Positions 58,279-64,000 of a stretch of 64,000 nucleotides of DNA are shown here, in pieces. Source of the DNA: the human T2T-CHM13v2.0 reference genome, Homo sapiens; the NCBI RefSeq assembly GCF_009914755.1, contig NC_060947.1. One strand, given 5' to 3'. Below the pieces are notes generated by a model, which worked only from the letters and a program-made list of their open reading frames with translations, was not told the DNA's origin and searched no databases. The translations under genes and the position numbers were made by a program. The stretch's first letter is position 1; the number at the start of each line of letters is the position of its first letter.

Positions 58279-58837
58279 TGTTGAAGGTTTTTAAGAGCAT
58301 TCCCACTTTGGGGGATTTGTTAGAAGGACTCACAGGACTCAGAATATCATTTCACTAATGGCGAAGATTTATTACAGTGACATAGTAGAGATGCACAGCC
58401 AGATCATAGGGGAAAAGATACAGGCGGAGTTTGGAGGAATCTACTGGTGGGCTGCCTTATGCTGTGTCCCTCCCACGAGGGGTCACATAGAACACTCTTT
58501 TCCTTCAGCAGTGAAAATGCAGCAATATATGTGTGATGCACCTGCCCAAGGAAGCCCATTAGAGAGTCAGTGCCCAAGGTTTTTATTGGGGGCCGGTTAT
58601 GTAGACACACTCTGTTTAGCATGTACCAAGATTTCAGACTCCCCAAAGTAAAGCAGATATTCAATATAGACTGCATTGTTTGTACAAACAGGCATAGTAA
58701 ACCATCCTTATCAGCTAAGGAGCAGTGGGGACACTCCCCAAAATCCAGGTTCCCAGATACCAGCCAAGGGCCAACTTTGCATGCAAGCCTTTCTATAAAT
58801 AGCAGTAGTAGGCTTGCTATGTCCACTTTTCTGCATA
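58279..58837 (-). mobile_element. MER21-family LTR
   Basis: tagaaggactcacaggactcag...aagatttattacag...ttcccagataccagccaagggccaac...gcaagcctttcta resembles the recalled MER21B/C reverse complement. Confidence 0.8.
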
Positions 58838-59365
58838 GCATGGCTTTGTATGAATACTGCTTTAGGCGGGAGAAGGAAACTGTATGGCATTTCTTTCAGT
58901 ACTTAGTCTTAGGCTCAATTTGTTAGGGAGATTAAGGTTTCTTTTCTTTGTTAGAGGTGCTTCTAATGTCTTGGTTGTTTTAAGTGCCTGTTCGTCGACT
59001 TGCATCATTGCTGAATTCCTTTTTTGAACTTTATGAATGTACCAAACATACCTGATCCCCACTCCCCCAACTAGAGCTTGAAAGCTTGCTGAAAGTACAG
59101 GGCTTAAACTCCACGTCTCCTTGCAAATACAGTATCTAGGCATATTCTCTGTTGATTCCTGGTTTCAGGTAGTTGTTTGAGTTCCATATAATATTATGTT
59201 GGCTTTTATTCAGATCGTGCAATTTTCTTTATTTTGGTTGGTGGGCTGGGGTATTCATAGTGCAGGACCTAAGAAAGCAGTAAAGCAAAGAAAAAAGTGA
59301 GAATTCCAGAAAATCTGGGTATATTATTATAGTATCACATGTCCTAAAATGTTCAAAATTTAATT

Positions 59366-59706
<341 letters not shown>

Positions 59707-60727
59707 TGAATCCCTGATAGCATCTCCATGGTGATTGTTAGAAAATCATCTTTGATTACTGCTTCATGTGTTTTTCTGTAATAACACATTTTCTGATTGT
59801 AAAGGTTTCTATCAATTGGTCATTACCTTGTTGCTTTTGGAAGAACAATTATGGCTGTTTTATATTCAACAGAGGCCCCCTTATCAGAAACAGTATTGTC
59901 TTCACTTTGCAAATAATTGCAGTATTGTCTTCATTTTTGCAAATAAAGAGGGAAAAAAAATCCTATGTATCTTAGAGAATTGTGGGTGTCAACTCAGGTT
60001 CTCACCCAGTTAATTGTACGTTTTGAAAATTTAAAAAAAATGAAAGGGCTATTGACAGTGAGATGTGACAGCTAACAGGAGAAGGAGGAACTATAAAAAT
60101 ATAGTAGTCTTCAGTTGTTTCACAGAGAGGAAAACAGGCCCAGGCTCTTCAGTGGTTTTGGAGGGCAGTGCTGTATGATTGCGCAGAATAGAAATTGATC
60201 TTGATGAGGTATTATCAAGAGGAGATTCAATGTACTCCTCATCAGTGCTGTCTGTGTGTAATATTTTCAAAAAGTTTTCATCGGGAATGGTTAGCTTTCT
60301 CCCCCCTTTTAGTTGTTATACTTAAAGAGATATCTTTGACGTACACAGCACACATTCATGGATCACTGATTATGCCTGATAAAGGACTCATTGTATTTTG
60401 CTCTCTTTATGAAAACTCATGGAAAAAAATAGGTATCTATAACTTATTTAGCACTTAGTATAATCAACAATGTTATGGGTACAACAACAGAGAACTACAC
60501 CAAATGAAAGAGGGAGTTTCCAGAAATATTTAGTAAAGTTTGGAGCATGTTTTTCATGCTCACCATTTCCCCACATTAATATTTCTGAGATTAATTTCCA
60601 AAGAAAATAATTGGTCACCAAATATATTGTTTTAAAAAATGTTTCATGTTTTTGCTGAGGCAAAGAAGTCTTAACACTTTGTGGAGAAAGGGAAGGCAAT
60701 TAATCATTGAAATAAGATAAAAGATAC

Positions 60728-60875
<148 letters not shown>

Positions 60876-62415
60876 TTAAAGATGCTTGAACCTTGGTGCC
60901 ATCCCATGGGGAGGAAAAAACCCCTATTTTTCAGATTTCTGCAGTGCAGTTCTTTGGCTAGCTGGTAGTTGTACTTGATTAAGTAGAAGAGGGATGATGC
61001 TGGTTTTATTACATAATGGTCTATTTCTGTCCTAGCATGTTCGGTAGGCAAGCCTCCAATAACGTTTACTGACCACTTACTGTGCTTGCCAGGCAATGTG
61101 ATAAATGTTTTTTTTTGGATGACCTCATTTAATTCTCACCGTAATCCTTTGGGGAGATCATTTTTATCTCCAGTTTAGGAGGCGGCTGAAATTCAGAGAA
61201 GTTAACTAACTTACCCAGGGTTAGTTGTGCCTGATGCTCAACCCTGATGTCTTAATTGCTATACTGTGCTGCTTCCTACCCAAATGTGCTCTTTGAGTTT
61301 CATGATATGGTATTTAGTAGGTTTGCCCCAGTCTCTACAGGGAAACAGGGAAGATTGTAGACGTAAGAATATACAAGAAATGCTAAGTGGCTCTTTATTC
61401 TTCTGAGAGTTTCTAGTAGGGGAATTTACCTATAATAAATGAAATATAGACCTATCATTCCTTACTTTTATGTTCCAAATTGTGAAACAGAATGTTGTTT
61501 TATGATATTTACAGATCTCTATATGGTTTTGTACAGTTATACTTCCTGGATTGTTTTGATACTTTCTTACAAGCAGTCCTTGATTGCTCCTTTTATAGAC
61601 GGTTTATGTAACCTCCTGAACAAGAATGCATGGCCACCATAATGCTGGAGCTCTCCTTTGTTGTTTTTAGTGTCCTAGTGCTACCAAAGCTGGAATGGTG
61701 GTCCTCTGCTCCTGACAAACAACTCCATTTTCAGGGTTTCCTCTTGCCTCCATCCTTCCCTGCCAGCAGTTGCAAGGGGATTCAGAGCTTAGTACTTTTA
61801 TTATTATGGGAGTATTTTTCAGGATAGCTTTAGTGCTTAAGCATTTTATTTAAACTTACTTTTCTTGTGAAATATGTCCCAGAGGGTTTTATTTTTTATT
61901 TTTTGCCAACTGATTTACAAATAGACTTTAGAATACAAACCACTTATAAATTGGGACTGCTTGTATAACACATAGAGGTTTGAGGATACTTTTTCTATCA
62001 GATTAGATTGAATATTCTTATTAATTTGAATCCTGTGATAAATATGATATTGTGTATGCTGCAGTTAGTTTAACACTTCAGTTGCTATAAAAGCATAATT
62101 TCAATAGTATGTAAATTTAATGTAACTTTGGAGACTTAGAGTTGGTTTGTTCATTTTGATGTTAATTTATTTAAATTTTAGATATTTTAAAATAAGTTTG
62201 TGTAGGCCTGGTAATGTATTTTATTCCAATGTCATTATATTTTGAAATTAAAGTTACTTTAAAATAGGCTCCAAGGAGGTGTTAGTTAAATTACTAGTAA
62301 TGCATTTGGATGCTCTGAAAAAAGTATACTTGTCAAGGAATAAACATAATGGGATGGCAGTAGAATCCCTTTATAATGCTGCTGTTACATGGACACTATC
62401 TGTTATGAGGACTGA

Positions 62416-62776
<361 letters not shown>

Positions 62777-62787
62777 CCCTTCCACTT

Positions 62788-63117
62788 TTTAAACAACAGA
62801 AATGAAACTTATTAAGTAGGGGCCTTCGATCTGGAGGCTGGGAAGTCCAAGGTCTATGTGCTAGCATATTCCTTTTTTGGTGAGGGCCCTTTTCCTGGCT
62901 TTCAGACTGTTCCCTTCTCACTGTATCCTCACATATTAGGAAGAGGAAGCTTTGGTGTTTCTTCCTCTTATAAGGGTGCTAATCCTATCTGGGGTTTCCA
63001 CCCTCATGATGTCATCTAAACCTAATTACTTCCCAAAGATCCCACCTCCTAATACAATCACATTGCAGGTTGGACTTCAACATTTATTTTGCGGGGGACA
63101 TAAACATAGTCCATAAT
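62788..63117 (-). mobile_element. MaLR LTR (MLT1A-like), partial
   Basis: aaacaacagaaat...ctggaggctgggaagtccaag...cttataaggg...cctaattacttcccaaag...gtccataa. Confidence 0.82.
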
Positions 63118-63263
63118 TGGTGTTTTCATAAAAAGACCATATATCAAACAGTAGTGTGGTGCACAGTAAATAAGTGCCATGGGCGTTCAGATTAGAGAAA
63201 AACTATTGAGGTGAGACAGCTAGTAAGGTAGAAAGACAGACAATGTGTTGTTCATTTATGTAT

Positions 63264-63625
63264 CTGGCTTAATCTGTTCAGGCTGCTATAACAAAATACC
63301 ATACGTGGATTAGCTTATACACAACAGAAATTTATTGCTCAAAGTTCTGGAGGCCAGGAAGTCCAAGATCAGGATACTAACAGATTTGATGTATGGTGAG
63401 GACTTACTCTATGCTTCATAGATGGCACCATCTTACAACCTTCTTACCTGACAAAAGGGGCAAACAAGTTCCTTTGGGTCTCATTATGTGGCACTAATTC
63501 CATTCATGAAGGTTCCATCCTCATGAAATAGTTGCCTCCCCAACGGCCCTAACTCTTAATACTATTACATTGGGATTAGGTTTCAAAATAAATTTTGGGG
63601 AGACATAAACATTCAGACCATAGTA
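63264..63625 (-). mobile_element. MaLR LTR (MSTD-like)
   Basis: ttcaggctgctataacaaaataccat...ggaagtccaagatc...catagatggca...aacattcagaccatag. Confidence 0.85.
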
Positions 63626-64000
63626 GTATTCTTAGTGCCGAGTACAATGCCTGAAACAAAGTAGGCATTCAAGAAAGGTATGCTAAATTGAAGAATTAAA
63701 AATCATGGAAATAGATATTTTGAATTGGCAGGCATCTTACAAATCAGGTAGTCCAAGTTGCCCAGACCATTTCAACTCCGCTAGGAACATTAAAATAACA
63801 CAAAGCCATTTTACACTCATTAAATTGCCAAAAAAAAAAAAAAAGTCTGATAATACCAGCTCTCATTTTCTGCTCATGAGACTGTAAATAGGTAAAATCA
63901 TGTTGGAGAGCAAATTGGCATCATTAACTGAAGTTAAAGATAACTCTATCCTGTGATATAACAAATCTCATTTAATATACAGACTCTAGAGAATGTCTCA

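Noticed and set aside
58358-58926. Three overlapping 97-145 aa ORFs
   Set aside because: They lie within or start in a MER21-like LTR and show no recognisable domain.

Overview
Primate (almost certainly human, since it holds a near-consensus AluYa5) AT-rich intronic DNA from the 5' part of the formin gene DIAPH2 (+ strand; X-linked from prior knowledge). I located four phase-0 coding exons by splice signals and recalled protein sequence: 33 nt (NIQIKTLADDV), 177 nt, 105 nt and an alternative 21-nt microexon (IVGSKVT). Together they encode the N-terminal basic/Rho-GTPase-binding region. The rest is intron with about 27 Alus (mostly antisense), L1, L2, MIR, a solo HERV-H LTR7, MaLR/ERVL LTRs and DNA-transposon remnants. 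Almost all ORF-track entries are spurious or repeat-derived. I see no new protein-coding system. The best leads are regulatory: (1) RBFOX motifs placed reciprocally at the 33-nt and 21-nt exons, which could make one two-exon isoform switch; (2) candidate unannotated exons or recursive sites in the intron after exon 4; (3) a very close inverted AluY/AluYa5 pair; (4) a poly(A)-only insertion with a target-site duplication (TSD). Repeat subfamilies were called by eye from remembered consensus sequences, and old-repeat boundaries are approximate.
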